Shown piece after piece: positions 38,728-48,015 of a DNA stretch of 56,559 nt (position 1 is its first letter; the number at the start of each line of letters is the position of its first letter). Source of the DNA: Eubacteriales bacterium (GTDB lineage Bacteria; Bacillota; Clostridia; Oscillospirales; CAG-272); assembly GCA_045655765.1 (NCBI GenBank), contig JAZOQA010000057.1, positions 1 through 56,559 of the forward strand, in the 5' to 3' direction. Under the pieces are notes generated by a model that was given only the letters and a program-made list of their open reading frames with translations, did not search any database and was not told where the DNA came from. Position numbers and translations under genes: made by a program.

Positions 38728-39573
38728 TTACAAAATAGGTGGAAATACAAGCGTAAGGATATAAAGTACAAGGGAAATCGGCAAAATAGAGTCAACTCTG
38801 TCAAGCACTCCGCCGTGACCGGGAAGAAGCTTGCCGTAATCCTTTATACCGTGCTCTCGCTTAATAAGCGAGGCAACAAGGTCTCCGAACTGTCCGACAA
38901 TGGCAAGAACGAGTCCGTACACCGAGGCAAGTATATAATTCACCTCTATGCCCGATACCGCCTTGTCAAGTATAAACACGTAAAGTAAGAGTCCGAAAAC
39001 AGCAAACAGCGTGCCGCCGACAGCTCCCTCTACGGTCTTCTTGGGGCTGATTTCGGGAATGAGCTTATGCTTGCCGAAAAGCATACCCGTGAAATAAGCG
39101 AAAATGTCGCAAACCGACGAGGAAATAAATACGATTATAAACAAATATACTCCGCTTTCGGCGTATCTCAAAAGCGTAAAAGCGGTGAAAGAAAACGTAA
39201 TGTAAAGAACGGTTGTAAAAACTCCGGAAATTTTAGCAAAGGCGATTTTACCCTTTCCTATAACCGAGATAGCGAAAAGATACAAAACGTAAAGTGCAAA
39301 CGCAAGGGTAAGTATAAGGATATAATCGCTCTGTCCGCCGTCAAGCCCCTCTGCAAAGTATGCCCCTATGGGACCCGCTCCCGCAACAAGGAAAGACGGG
39401 ATATAAACGAGGGGATTTTTTATAAGTCCCAAAACTCTGAGCATCTCAAAGACCGCCATAACGGAAAGCAAGCCCATTACGATGGGAAAAACTATATATT
39501 CAGAAAATATAAAGACGGGCAAAAGAACCGCAGTCATTGCAGCCCCGGTTAAAACTCGAACCTTCATTGTCAA
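38728..39573 (-). CDS. cdsA: phosphatidate cytidylyltransferase
   Basis: Signature SLIKREHGIKDYGKLLPGHGGVLDRVDS in a multi-TM protein. Confidence 0.9.
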   Translation of the reverse strand: MTMKVRVLTGAAMTAVLLPVFIFSEYIVFPIVMGLLSVMAVFEMLRVLGLIKNPLVYIPSFLVAGAGPIGAYFAEGLDGGQSDYILILTLAFALYVLYLFAISVIGKGKIAFAKISGVFTTVLYITFSFTAFTLLRYAESGVYLFIIVFISSSVCDIFAYFTGMLFGKHKLIPEISPKKTVEGAVGGTLFAVFGLLLYVFILDKAVSGIEVNYILASVYGLVLAIVGQFGDLVASLIKREHGIKDYGKLLPGHGGVLDRVDSILPISLVLYILTLVFPPIL

Positions 39574-40346
39574 GAGTCCTTCTTTCCCGAGTCATCATCA
39601 AGACCGCCGAAGCGACGCTTTCTTGAATAGAATTCACGAACGGCATCATTTATCGCATTTCTGTCAAAGTCGGGGAACAGAGTGTTTGTTACCACTATTT
39701 CGGAATATGCACACTGCCAAAGCAAGAAGTTTGATATACGGAAGTCCCCGCCCGTGCGAATAATAAGGTCGGGGTCGGGGGAGGCGGAGGTATACATATA
39801 TTTAGAGAGTATTTCCTCACTAAGAACGGTATGACCGTCCTTTATTGCCTCGTTGGCTGCGTGGACAATCTCCGAGCGACCGCCGTAATTGAGGGCTACG
39901 TTGCAAACGTAGTCGGAATTCAGATTCAGTGCCTCAACCTCATTGCATTTTGCCTGAAGACGCTCGGGGAGTGCGGACTTGTCACCGAGAAAATGAACTC
40001 TGAAGTTCTCCCCCGCCTCAATCTTCTTCATTACAACGTTTTGCAAATAGTCGAAGGTGAGGTTCATCAGAGCCTCGACCTCCTCCTTGGGTCTTTTCCA
40101 ATTCTCGGTGGAAAAGGCGTATATGGTTACGTGGTGGACACCCATCTCACGGAACGTCATAAGCATCTTTTCTACGTTTGCCGCACCTGCCTTGTGGCCT
40201 GCTGTACGGGGAAGAAGACGCTTCTTTGCCCATCTTCCGTTTCCGTCCATAATAACAGCGACGGATTTAAGATGCTCGTCTGCTTTTATAAGCTCGTTAT
40301 TTTTAGTTTTTTTCAAAGTAAAATCTCTCTTTCCGAGTAAAATCAA
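39570..40346 (-). CDS. uppS: isoprenyl transferase (undecaprenyl-diphosphate synthase)
   Basis: VAVIMDGNGRWAKKR and IRTGGDFRISNFLLWQ motifs. Confidence 0.92.
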   Translation of the reverse strand: MILLGKRDFTLKKTKNNELIKADEHLKSVAVIMDGNGRWAKKRLLPRTAGHKAGAANVEKMLMTFREMGVHHVTIYAFSTENWKRPKEEVEALMNLTFDYLQNVVMKKIEAGENFRVHFLGDKSALPERLQAKCNEVEALNLNSDYVCNVALNYGGRSEIVHAANEAIKDGHTVLSEEILSKYMYTSASPDPDLIIRTGGDFRISNFLLWQCAYSEIVVTNTLFPDFDRNAINDAVREFYSRKRRFGGLDDDSGKKDS

Positions 40347-40897
40347 ATTTCCATTATTTCCTTGGTCTTTGCGGAGGTAACGGTGTCTATTTCTTTAATA
40401 TACTTGTCAGTCAAGTCCTGAATATTCTTGTCAGATGCCTTTGCCTCGTCCTCGGTCATTTGAGAATCCTTTTTCATAGCCTTAATTTTGTCATTTGCAT
40501 CACGGCGAATATTTCTTATTGCAACCTTTGCGTCCTCTCCCATTTTAGAAATCTGCTTTGAAAGGTCACGTCTACGCTCCTCGGTCATAGGGGGGAACGC
40601 AAGACGAAGACAGCTTCCGTCGTTCTGTGGATTTATTCCAAGGTCCGATGTCTGAATAGCCTTTTCTATTCCACGAAGGGCGGATTTGTCCCAGGAATTG
40701 ATAACAAGAGTTCTTGCATCCTCAACCTTGATTTCAGCTATTGTGTTGATAGGTGTGGGGCTTCCGTAATAGTCTACGGTAATTTTTTTAAGAACGTCGG
40801 GAGTTGCACGTCCCGCTCTGATAGTAGAGAGGTTTTCAGAATAAGCAAAAACGCTCTTTTGCATTTTTACCTCATAATCTTTAGTGTCGAGTTTCAT
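40343..40897 (-). CDS. frr: ribosome recycling factor
   Basis: 184 aa with IRNIRRDANDKIK. It lies in the classic pyrH-frr-uppS-cdsA order. Confidence 0.93.
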   Translation of the reverse strand: MKLDTKDYEVKMQKSVFAYSENLSTIRAGRATPDVLKKITVDYYGSPTPINTIAEIKVEDARTLVINSWDKSALRGIEKAIQTSDLGINPQNDGSCLRLAFPPMTEERRRDLSKQISKMGEDAKVAIRNIRRDANDKIKAMKKDSQMTEDEAKASDKNIQDLTDKYIKEIDTVTSAKTKEIMEI

Positions 40898-40928
40898 CTG
40901 AAAATTTCTCCTTTATGTAAAATTTTAA

Positions 40929-41630
40929 TTATTCGGGAATTACGACTGTGCCTGACGACTCACCCTTTACCGCTCTTGCTATTGCTGCGGGGTCGTCCTT
41001 CATACCGAAGATATGTATAGGCATTTTTACGGAGAGGCAGAACGCTGTCGCCGTTGCATCTATTGCGGCAAGTCCACGGGAAAGCACCTCGGTTGCGGTG
41101 ATGGTTTCAAACTTTTGTGCAAGAGGATTCTTTTTCGGGTCGTCGGAATATATGTAGTCAACCGCCTTTGCCATAAACATAGCATCAGCACCTATTTCAG
41201 CGGCACGTACTGCTCCTGCTGTGTCGGTTGAAAGGAACGGAATTCCAAGTCCCGCGCCAAAAATAACAACCTCGCCAAGGCTTAGTCTTTTCTTCGCTTC
41301 ATCTGCAGAGTAGAGGTCGGCAAACGGCTCCATTGCAACGGCCGTCATAACGGATGCTTTAACACCCTTTTGAATAAGAGCGTCTTTAAAGTAAATAGAA
41401 TTTATCACAGTAGCGAGCATACCCATTCTGTCAGCAGCAGTTCTGTCCATTTCTCCGCCTGCTCTGCCACGCCAAATATTCCCTGCACCTATGACAAGGG
41501 CAATTTCATAGCCTCCGTCCCTGCATTCCTTGATAGAATCGGCAATGCGGTTCACAAAATCCGCATCGTAAAGCTCGCCGCTTTTGTTTGCAAGAGCTTC
41601 ACCCGAAAGCTTGATAAGAATTCGTTTCAT
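40929..41630 (-). CDS. pyrH: UMP kinase
   Basis: MKRILIKLSGEAL and VIGAGNIWRG motifs. The start is at ATG 41630, after GGGAGA; the 41-codon upstream extension in the ORF track is rejected. Confidence 0.92.
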   Translation of the reverse strand: MKRILIKLSGEALANKSGELYDADFVNRIADSIKECRDGGYEIALVIGAGNIWRGRAGGEMDRTAADRMGMLATVINSIYFKDALIQKGVKASVMTAVAMEPFADLYSADEAKKRLSLGEVVIFGAGLGIPFLSTDTAGAVRAAEIGADAMFMAKAVDYIYSDDPKKNPLAQKFETITATEVLSRGLAAIDATATAFCLSVKMPIHIFGMKDDPAAIARAVKGESSGTVVIPE

Positions 41631-41930
41631 AGCTGTAATCTCCCAAGTGTTATAATTTTTCCATTCTATTTTACAACATTTTGCCGCATTTGTAAACAGT
41701 TTTACGAAAATATTTTCAGTTTTTAATATAAATTTATTTTTAACTTGCGACACTCTAAAATAAAAGGCATCTTAAATTGCAGTATTTTGCAAAAAGCAAA
41801 AAAACACTTAAAAAGAACTCAAAATGCAGCCAAAAAACGCATTTTGCAAGGCTTTTTTACCCAAAAACTTTACACGGGGTGGGGGTATTTAGCTTTTTTG
41901 TGCCAAGGTGTCCGGTATTTTTACATAAAA

Positions 41931-41963
41931 CACCCCAAAGGATTTTTAGCATCCTTTGGGGTG
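41931..41963 (-). terminator. intrinsic terminator of the transketolase genes
   Basis: 13-bp stem caccccaaaggat / atcctttggggtg, followed on the minus strand by TTTTATG. Confidence 0.7.
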
Positions 41964-41967
41964 AATT

Positions 41968-42915
41968 TCATTGTTTTTTCATTGAAATTGCAAGCTTTGC
42001 TTTATTTGCGATATTCTGTGCGGTAAGTCCGTAGATTTCAAGAAGCTCAGGAACCTTGCCGCTTCTTCCGTACTTGTCTTCAACTCCCACACGAAGAACA
42101 GGAACAGGACAGCTTTGTGCAAGAGTCTCACAAACAGCGGCACCGAGACCGCCCATTACGTTATGCTCCTCAGCAGTAACTATCGCACCGCTTGTCTTTG
42201 CCGCCTTTACGAGAATTTCCGTATCAAGAGGCTTGATTGTGTGCATATTGATTACACCTGCGTCAATGCCCTCTTTTTTCAACATTTCAGCCGCCTCGAT
42301 AGCGAGGTGAACCATATATCCTGTTGCTACTATCGTCACGTCACGCCCCTCGGAATACTGAATACCCTTGCCAAGCTCAAATTTATATCCCTCAGCTTCC
42401 GCAGAGATGTCAGGCACAGGAAAGCGTCCGAATCGCATATAGACAGGACCTTCGTATTTGATGGCCGCCTCAACTGCCGCATAAGCCTCGGTTGCATCTG
42501 CGGGATTGATGATAGTCATTCCCGGAATGGTACGCATAAGTGCAATGTCCTCGTTGCACTGATGAGTAGCTCCGTCCTCTCCTACGGTGATGCCTGCGTG
42601 AGTTGCACCGATTTTTACGTTGAGGTGGGGATAACCTATGGAATTTCTAACCTGCTCAAAAGCCCTACCCGCCGCAAACATTGCAAACGAGGAGGCAAAT
42701 ACAACCTTGCCCGTTGCGGCAATGCCTGCTGCAACGCTCATCATATTTCCCTCTGCTATGCCGCAATCAAAAAAGCGCTCAGGGAATTTCTTCTTGAACA
42801 TACCGGTCTTTGTCGCTGCGGCAAGGTCTGCGTCAAGAACGAGGAAATCGTATTTTTCACCGAGAGAGGCAAGGGCTAAACCGTAGCCCTCTCTTGTTGC
42901 TTTCTTATCTGTCAT
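41968..42915 (-). CDS. transketolase, C-terminal (pyrimidine-binding) subunit
   Basis: FDCGIAEGNMMSVAAG. This is the split-transketolase arrangement typical of Clostridia. Confidence 0.9.
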   Translation of the reverse strand: MTDKKATREGYGLALASLGEKYDFLVLDADLAAATKTGMFKKKFPERFFDCGIAEGNMMSVAAGIAATGKVVFASSFAMFAAGRAFEQVRNSIGYPHLNVKIGATHAGITVGEDGATHQCNEDIALMRTIPGMTIINPADATEAYAAVEAAIKYEGPVYMRFGRFPVPDISAEAEGYKFELGKGIQYSEGRDVTIVATGYMVHLAIEAAEMLKKEGIDAGVINMHTIKPLDTEILVKAAKTSGAIVTAEEHNVMGGLGAAVCETLAQSCPVPVLRVGVEDKYGRSGKVPELLEIYGLTAQNIANKAKLAISMKKQ

Positions 42916-42934
42916 TTTCTGTATTCCGCCTTTC

Positions 42935-43774
42935 TTAACCTATGGACTCCGCAATTTTTTCAAGGTCCGCCACTGCAACCCGATAGAGATCCTCCTTGGG
43001 TGCCTGTCCGTGCCATTCACAAGCGTTTTCCATATAAGAAACGCCTTTTCCCTTTACGGATTTTGCAATTATGACCGTGGGCTTGCCCTTAACCTCTTTT
43101 GCTTCCTTAAACGCCGCCTCAATCTGATCAAAATTGTGAGCGTCGATGCTTATTACGTGCCAGCCGAAGGCTTTAAACTTTTCATCGTGAGGAGTGGGGT
43201 TCATAACCTCCGCAACAGGTCCGTCGATCTGCAAGCCGTTCCAGTCAAGCACCGCACAAAGATTGTCAAGCTTATAATGAGCGGCGAACATTGCGGCCTC
43301 CCAAACCTGGCCCTCCTCGCTCTCACCGTCTCCAAGAATGGAATAAACACGGTAGCCGTTTCCGAAAGCCTTTGCGGAAAGAGCCATTCCGCACGCTGCG
43401 GAAATGCCAAGACCGAGTGAGCCTGTGGACATATCAACACCGGGGATACCCTTCATATCGGGGTGTCCTTGGAGATAGGACTCCGTCTTGCGAAGAGTTT
43501 TTATATCATCTTCGGGAATATAACCTCTTTTGGCAAGCACCGCATAAAGTGCGGGAGCCGTATGTCCCTTTGAAAGAACAAATCTGTCACGGGCTTCCAT
43601 TTTCGGATTTTTCGGATCTACGTTCATCTCTTCAAAATAAAGATACGTGATGATGTCAGCTATAGAAAGCGATCCGCCCGGGTGACCGCACGCCGCATTG
43701 TAAACACCCTCGATAATAAGCTTTCGCACGTCATTTGCAACACGGGCAAGCTCTGTTCTTTTGGACTTATCCAT
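42935..43774 (-). CDS. transketolase, N-terminal (TPP-binding) subunit
   Basis: GHPGGSLS and GDGESEEGQVWEA motifs. Confidence 0.9.
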   Translation of the reverse strand: MDKSKRTELARVANDVRKLIIEGVYNAACGHPGGSLSIADIITYLYFEEMNVDPKNPKMEARDRFVLSKGHTAPALYAVLAKRGYIPEDDIKTLRKTESYLQGHPDMKGIPGVDMSTGSLGLGISAACGMALSAKAFGNGYRVYSILGDGESEEGQVWEAAMFAAHYKLDNLCAVLDWNGLQIDGPVAEVMNPTPHDEKFKAFGWHVISIDAHNFDQIEAAFKEAKEVKGKPTVIIAKSVKGKGVSYMENACEWHGQAPKEDLYRVAVADLEKIAESIG

Positions 43775-43926
43775 CGTTTGTCTCCTAACAAAACATTAAA
43801 AATTAATTAATATTTATATTCTACAATATTTTTTTCTTAAAGTCAATAGACTTTGTCGAAAAAAAGCCCATTCTGCTTTATCTTAACACTTATTTAGTGC
43901 CAAAAGCAGAACGGGCTTTGCCATTA

Positions 43927-44631
43927 TTAGGATTTTTTTATTTTTTTGTGCCTGTACATTAAATACTGAACAGTGAAGCCAAGCAACGCCAAGACACAAG
44001 CAATGACAGTCATCAAAATTGTGCTTGCAGCATCGGGGAACGGTATAACCCACGACAGAGATGCGGCAAAAATCCAGCCGCCGAGAAAAGCTGTGCCAAG
44101 GAACTCGAGCCATTTCAAAAGGAATATAACAAGAAGTACAACTGCGGCTACAGCACAGACGAGTGCCCAGAATTTTGAGAACGATAGCACGTTGATGAAA
44201 AGATAATAGAAGCTATACGTTCCGACAAAAGAAAACACTATAAAGTAAAGGGGTGAGCGGAAAAGTGCAAAAACTATGCCAAAGGCAATTCCTATAATCG
44301 AGTGAGCAAGCGGAACTATGCTCGTCACCTCGGGAGCTATGTAAACCGCACCGATAGCAAAGCCGACGATGAAGCCGAAGACAAATTTTTGAGCCTTGAG
44401 GAATCTTCTGCCGAAGAAAGCCTCCAAGAGAGCAAATAGCATAACGAAATAAGGAAGAGCCGCAAACCTGTGAAGCACAGTTTCAAAATCAGCTCCCTTA
44501 CCGAATATGCCCGTGGCAAATTCACTCTCAAAAAAATGAACAGCAAACTCGTTGAGCCACAAAATAAAATCATAAATTGATGCACGTGCTTCAATTATGC
44601 TTTCCCAAAGACGTGATATAATTGTCGGCAT
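43927..44631 (-). CDS. multi-pass membrane protein of unknown function
   Basis: ~7 hydrophobic segments. The start is at ATG 44631, after AAGGAGAG. Confidence 0.65.
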   Translation of the reverse strand: MPTIISRLWESIIEARASIYDFILWLNEFAVHFFESEFATGIFGKGADFETVLHRFAALPYFVMLFALLEAFFGRRFLKAQKFVFGFIVGFAIGAVYIAPEVTSIVPLAHSIIGIAFGIVFALFRSPLYFIVFSFVGTYSFYYLFINVLSFSKFWALVCAVAAVVLLVIFLLKWLEFLGTAFLGGWIFAASLSWVIPFPDAASTILMTVIACVLALLGFTVQYLMYRHKKIKKS

Positions 44632-44763
44632 TCTACTCTCCTTTATCAAAAACTCATTTTAAAGCTTTGCATTTATTTTACCACAGAAAGAAAATAAAAT
44701 CAAGCGGTAAGAATAAATTAAGGTTGACTTTTGCTCGTGATTGTTCGACAATACTCGCTTAAT

Positions 44764-45276
44764 TTAGGTGCTTGGAGCTATGTTATATACAGTTTTTCCA
44801 AGCTGATTTGCCATTCTTGTAGTCTGCGATGAGCCACTGCCCTCTCGGTAAACGTAGGCTATCACTACGTCTGCAAGCCCTGCAAGACGCTCGTTGCGTT
44901 TTTTCATACAGCCGGGTGTGTAAGCGTCGCTGACGTATTCCACCTCATCTGCCGAACGCAATATGTGATAATAGCGTTCTCTTTGCTCATCCGACCAACG
45001 CTCGTCCTGATTGATGCACGGAAGCACGAGTCTGAGTGTGACGTCTGGGTGAGTCATCCTGAATTTAATAACCTCTCTTGCCGCCATAGTGTCAAATCCG
45101 ACGGCACCTCCCGCACAAAAAACTCTGCAGCCTATCGAATATGCGTACTCCACCGCACGTGAAAGTCTGTCGGAGAGCTGTTCTTTGTGTGAAGCGAGAA
45201 CGGTTCTATGCCCCGTAAATACGCAAACGTGAGGGATCTCGTTACTGAAATCCAAGACTATTTGATTTTGTTTCAT
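44764..45276 (-). CDS. DUF1273 / SLOG-fold (YpsA-like) protein
   Basis: VFTGHR, AGGAVGFDTMAA and a C-terminal GSGSSQT pattern resemble B. subtilis YpsA-family proteins as I recall them. Confidence 0.6.
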   Translation of the reverse strand: MKQNQIVLDFSNEIPHVCVFTGHRTVLASHKEQLSDRLSRAVEYAYSIGCRVFCAGGAVGFDTMAAREVIKFRMTHPDVTLRLVLPCINQDERWSDEQRERYYHILRSADEVEYVSDAYTPGCMKKRNERLAGLADVVIAYVYREGSGSSQTTRMANQLGKTVYNIAPST

Positions 45277-45555
45277 TCTTTTGCTATTTCTCCCCCTCTT
45301 GCTGCATTTTTATTAATTTTATCATTTTGGGTTTACAATGTCAAGGATAACAAAAAAATTTAAAATCAAAAATTTATAATCAAAATCACCCGCCTTGGAC
45401 TCCTAAATGCTTATTCACACAGTATAAAAGCCTTATACAAGCGGATATGTTTAAGTGCTTTTTAAAGCTCGGTACTTGGATTGACATCCAAACGCTAAGT
45501 GAACAGTGAACCTCTCTCGCTTTGCAATTTGGAACCCCAAAGGAATTGTTATTAT

Positions 45556-46461
45556 TTAATGATGATGGTGGTGGTGATGGTGGTGGTGATGCTGCTCCGA
45601 CGAAGAAATTTCCACGTGACAATGTTCATCGTGACAGCTTTCACCCTCAGCTTCAAGCTCAAGGGTTACGTGCCCTATGCCGTGCTCCTTAAGTTCCTCG
45701 CGCACCTTAAGTTTAATATCGTGAGAATTTCCGCTGGCAACTATATGCATCGTGGCGTAATTGCTATGACCGTCCATACTCCAAACGTGGATATGATGAA
45801 CGCCAATCACACCGTCTATCTCATAAATATGCTCCTTAAGTTCGCTGATATTTACGCTGTGCGGTGTCTTTTCAAGAAAAAGGTCAAGTACCTCGCCCAG
45901 ATTCCTTGTAGCGTTTATAAAAATAAAGATAGCAACGCCTATGGACATTAACGGATCGATGATAGAAACATCCGCAATCCTCATTACTATTGCGCCAACA
46001 AGAACAACGAGCCAACCAAGAACATCCTCAAGCATATGGAGGTTAACCGCCTTTTGATTGAGAGAATTTCCCTTTCGGGTCAGAAGTGCGGCACCAAGGT
46101 TAACACAAACGCCCACGATTGCAAAAACAATCATACCGTTATAGTTGATTTCAATAGGGTTTATAATACGCAAAACGGCATTGTAAATAACCATTACAGA
46201 GCCAAGCAAGAGAATCAAGGTCGTTATTACGCTACCGATAACAGAGTATCTTGAATAACCGTAGGTGTATTTTTCATCGGGCTGCTTTTTGCTTTTCTTT
46301 TCAAGAAAGAATGCAACTCCTATACTTGTCGCATCTCCAATGTCGTGAAGTGCATCGGAAATAATTGCCACGCTACCTGTAAAAATTCCGCCTACAAACT
46401 CAAATACAGAAAATGCTAAATTGAGAATAAAGGCAAAAAGGATGTTTTTTTCTGTTTTCAT
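45556..46461 (-). CDS. cation diffusion facilitator (CzcD/ZitB-like) metal exporter with a His11 C-terminal tail
   Basis: Six TM segments, metal-site motifs SDALHDIGD and HMLEDVLGW, and a cytoplasmic CTD. The protein ends ...HDEHCHVEISSSEQHHHHHHHHHHH. Confidence 0.88.
   Translation of the reverse strand: MKTEKNILFAFILNLAFSVFEFVGGIFTGSVAIISDALHDIGDATSIGVAFFLEKKSKKQPDEKYTYGYSRYSVIGSVITTLILLLGSVMVIYNAVLRIINPIEINYNGMIVFAIVGVCVNLGAALLTRKGNSLNQKAVNLHMLEDVLGWLVVLVGAIVMRIADVSIIDPLMSIGVAIFIFINATRNLGEVLDLFLEKTPHSVNISELKEHIYEIDGVIGVHHIHVWSMDGHSNYATMHIVASGNSHDIKLKVREELKEHGIGHVTLELEAEGESCHDEHCHVEISSSEQHHHHHHHHHHH
45559..45591 (-). repeat. run of 11 CAT/CAC (His) codons
   Basis: The plus strand reads atgatgatggtggtggtgatggtggtggtgatg, immediately before the stop codon. 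Confidence 0.9.
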
Positions 46462-46473
46462 AGCTCCTCCAAG

Positions 46474-46502
46474 TTGACAACAAGTTATTTTTTTGGTACA
46501 AT
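46474..46502 (+). promoter_or_regulatory. sigma-A promoter (extended -10) of the TetR gene
   Basis: TTGACA (46474-46479), 17 nt, TGgTACAAT (46494-46502). Confidence 0.6.
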
Positions 46503-46533
46503 GTATTTGTTACCGAACACCTTGTTTAACAAC

Positions 46534-46562
46534 AGTATAATTACAAATAGAAATAAAATCAA
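46534..46562 (-). promoter_or_regulatory. candidate sigma-A promoter of the CDF gene, face-to-face with the TetR promoter
   Basis: On the minus strand: TTGATT (46562-46557), 17 nt, TATACT (46539-46534). Confidence 0.45.
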
Positions 46563-46623
46563 CATATCTTTTATATGAATTATTCAATACCGAACAAATC
46601 TGCGTTATTGTATGGAGGAACAG

Positions 46624-47184
46624 ATGGATAGACGACAAAAAAAGACAAGGGAAGCAATATTCAAATCCTTCACCAAGCTTCTCTCTAAAAAACATTATAA
46701 CAGAATTACAGTCGGAGAAATAATAGATAACGCCGATGTTGGCAGAGCTACCTTTTATGCACACTTTGAAACAAAAGATTTTTTGCTGAAGGAGCTTTGC
46801 GAGGAGCTGTTTTGCCATATCTTCGATGCAACCGAAAAAGGCGGTGAAAAGCACCAACATATTTTTGATTGTGATGCACCCTCGTCCGTGATACTCCACC
46901 TCCTGCAGCACCTGCAAAATAATGACAATAACATATTGGAGCTGTTGGCTTGCGAGAACAACGAGTTGTTTTTGCGTTATTTCAAGGAAAGCTTGAAGAA
47001 GCTGATTCAGAAGCAACCGCAAATTTTCGGCAACAAGAAGAATAGCGAGCTTCCCGACGATTATTGGATTAACCATATTTCCTCAACCTTTGTGGAAACG
47101 CTCAGATGGTGGATAGATAACGGAATGAAAGAAAATCCCGAAACACTTTCCGATTATTTTTTGACGGCTATAACTAATACGTAA
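46624..47184 (+). CDS. TetR/AcrR-family transcriptional regulator
   Basis: N-terminal HTH ITVGEIIDNADVGRATFYAHFETKD. The start is at ATG 46624, 5 nt after GGAGG (46614-46618). Confidence 0.88.
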   Translation: MDRRQKKTREAIFKSFTKLLSKKHYNRITVGEIIDNADVGRATFYAHFETKDFLLKELCEELFCHIFDATEKGGEKHQHIFDCDAPSSVILHLLQHLQNNDNNILELLACENNELFLRYFKESLKKLIQKQPQIFGNKKNSELPDDYWINHISSTFVETLRWWIDNGMKENPETLSDYFLTAITNT

Positions 47185-47308
47185 TTAGCTGATTGTAAGA
47201 CAAATTAACCGTCTGCCCTTTTATCCCTAATCAATTAAAAAATTCACAAAAATATGATATAATTAAATGAAGCTTAAATGTTATATGAGCTTTTTTGAAG
47301 AATAAACA

Positions 47309-47332
47309 AAAAAAACACCCGCTTGGGGTGTT
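47309..47332. repeat. second copy of the ssrA-terminator hairpin (24-nt exact direct repeat, 180 bp from the first)
   Basis: aaaaaaacacccgcttggggtgtt occurs at 47309-47332 and at 47489-47512. Confidence 0.85.
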
Positions 47333-47488
47333 AAATTCTGTTTCAACGAATACAGATTCAAATTTTACGACGGGAATTCAAACTATGCAAATTTCAGGCA
47401 ATTTGCATACGCAGTTTTTTCTCTTAAAAACTGCGCCGTGTGGAGCTTTGCTCCCTCGCTTTCTCGCAACTGTCAGCACCGTCAAAAC

Positions 47489-47520
47489 AAAAAAACACCC
47501 GCTTGGGGTGTTTTTTGTTT
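47489..47520. terminator. intrinsic terminator of ssrA (usable in both directions)
   Basis: Stem acaccc/gggtgt flanked by an A7 run and a T6 run, directly after the tmRNA CCA end. Confidence 0.7.
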
Positions 47521-47886
47521 TGGTGGAGCCGACGGGAATCGAACCCGTGTCCAAAAACCTCTTGATACAACCTTCTCCGCAGACAGTTTGTCTTTTGAAA
47601 TTCCCCGTCAGGCACGCCGACAAACAGGCTCACCGTCAGGGTAGCCCTTTTTTGCTTGATCGGTTCAAGGGCGAAAGACCGATGCAAGTTCACTACTGAT
47701 TTGACGCACGGCAGAGGCCGTAGTCCTCCTCTGCGGTACGGGCGGCGTTAATGCCGCATCACAGCTTACGCTGCTACAGCAACTCTATTGTTGTCGTTTA
47801 TTATTTAAGTTGAACAGTTTTACGGGATTATTCAGCCCGCTGCGCTTATCATACCTTGGGATCCCTGTCGAAACCATTGCGGCCCC
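47521..47886 (-). ncRNA. ssrA: tmRNA (transfer-messenger RNA)
   Basis: On the minus strand, the 5' end is GGGGCCGCAAUGGUUUCGACAGGGA. The 3' end is the tRNA-like GGACACGGGUUCGAUUCCCGUCGGCUCCACCA. The internal tag frame reads ...AAC GAC AAC AAU AGA GUU GCU GUA GCA GCG UAA, giving a tag ending NDNNRVAVAA. Confidence 0.93.
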
Positions 47887-47901
47887 ATAAGGGTATCTTA
47901 T

Positions 47902-47930
47902 ATTATACACGCTTTATTTTACTTTGTCAA
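47902..47930 (-). promoter_or_regulatory. consensus sigma-A promoter of ssrA
   Basis: On the minus strand: TTGACA (47930-47925), 17 nt, TATAAT (47907-47902). Confidence 0.7.
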
Positions 47931-47961
47931 GAAGAAATACCTGTAAATCGAACGCAAAATA

Positions 47962-47990
47962 TTGCAAATTTTGAAAATGTATGCTATAAT
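47962..47990 (+). promoter_or_regulatory. sigma-A promoter (extended -10) of the AEC transporter gene
   Basis: TTGCAA (47962-47967), 17 nt, TGcTATAAT (47982-47990). Confidence 0.6.
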
Positions 47991-48015
47991 CTAAAAAAGC
48001 TTTTTGGAGGGGTTT

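Noticed and set aside
41631-41753. 41-codon N-terminal extension of pyrH in the ORF track, and similar extensions at aroB 543, TetR 46612, AEC 48004, flippase-like 50295, membrane protein 44649 and small ORF 29753
   Set aside because: In each case an internal start has a proper GGAG-type RBS and matches the family's usual N-terminus. For 50295 the predicted promoter lies inside the extension.
45559-45591. The His11 run as an engineered affinity tag or cloning artefact
   Set aside because: It has mixed CAT/CAC codons and a native His/Asp/Cys-rich context just upstream (HDEHCH). There is no linker, protease site or vector sequence. CDF transporters naturally carry His-rich termini.
46510-47076. 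188-aa minus-strand ORF opposite the TetR gene and its promoter region
   Set aside because: The TetR frame has a clear HTH and a perfect RBS. The antisense ORF runs through the promoter/operator DNA.
47295-47699. ORFs (134, 89, 81 and 68 aa) across the ssrA gene and its terminators
   Set aside because: The region is explained by tmRNA (tRNA-like ends, tag frame, consensus promoter) and hairpin repeats, and is not protein-coding.
47489-47886. ssrA as the attachment site of a genomic island or prophage
   Set aside because: There is no integrase, no phage or mobile genes, and no duplication of the tRNA-like 3' end on either side. Only the terminator hairpin is duplicated.
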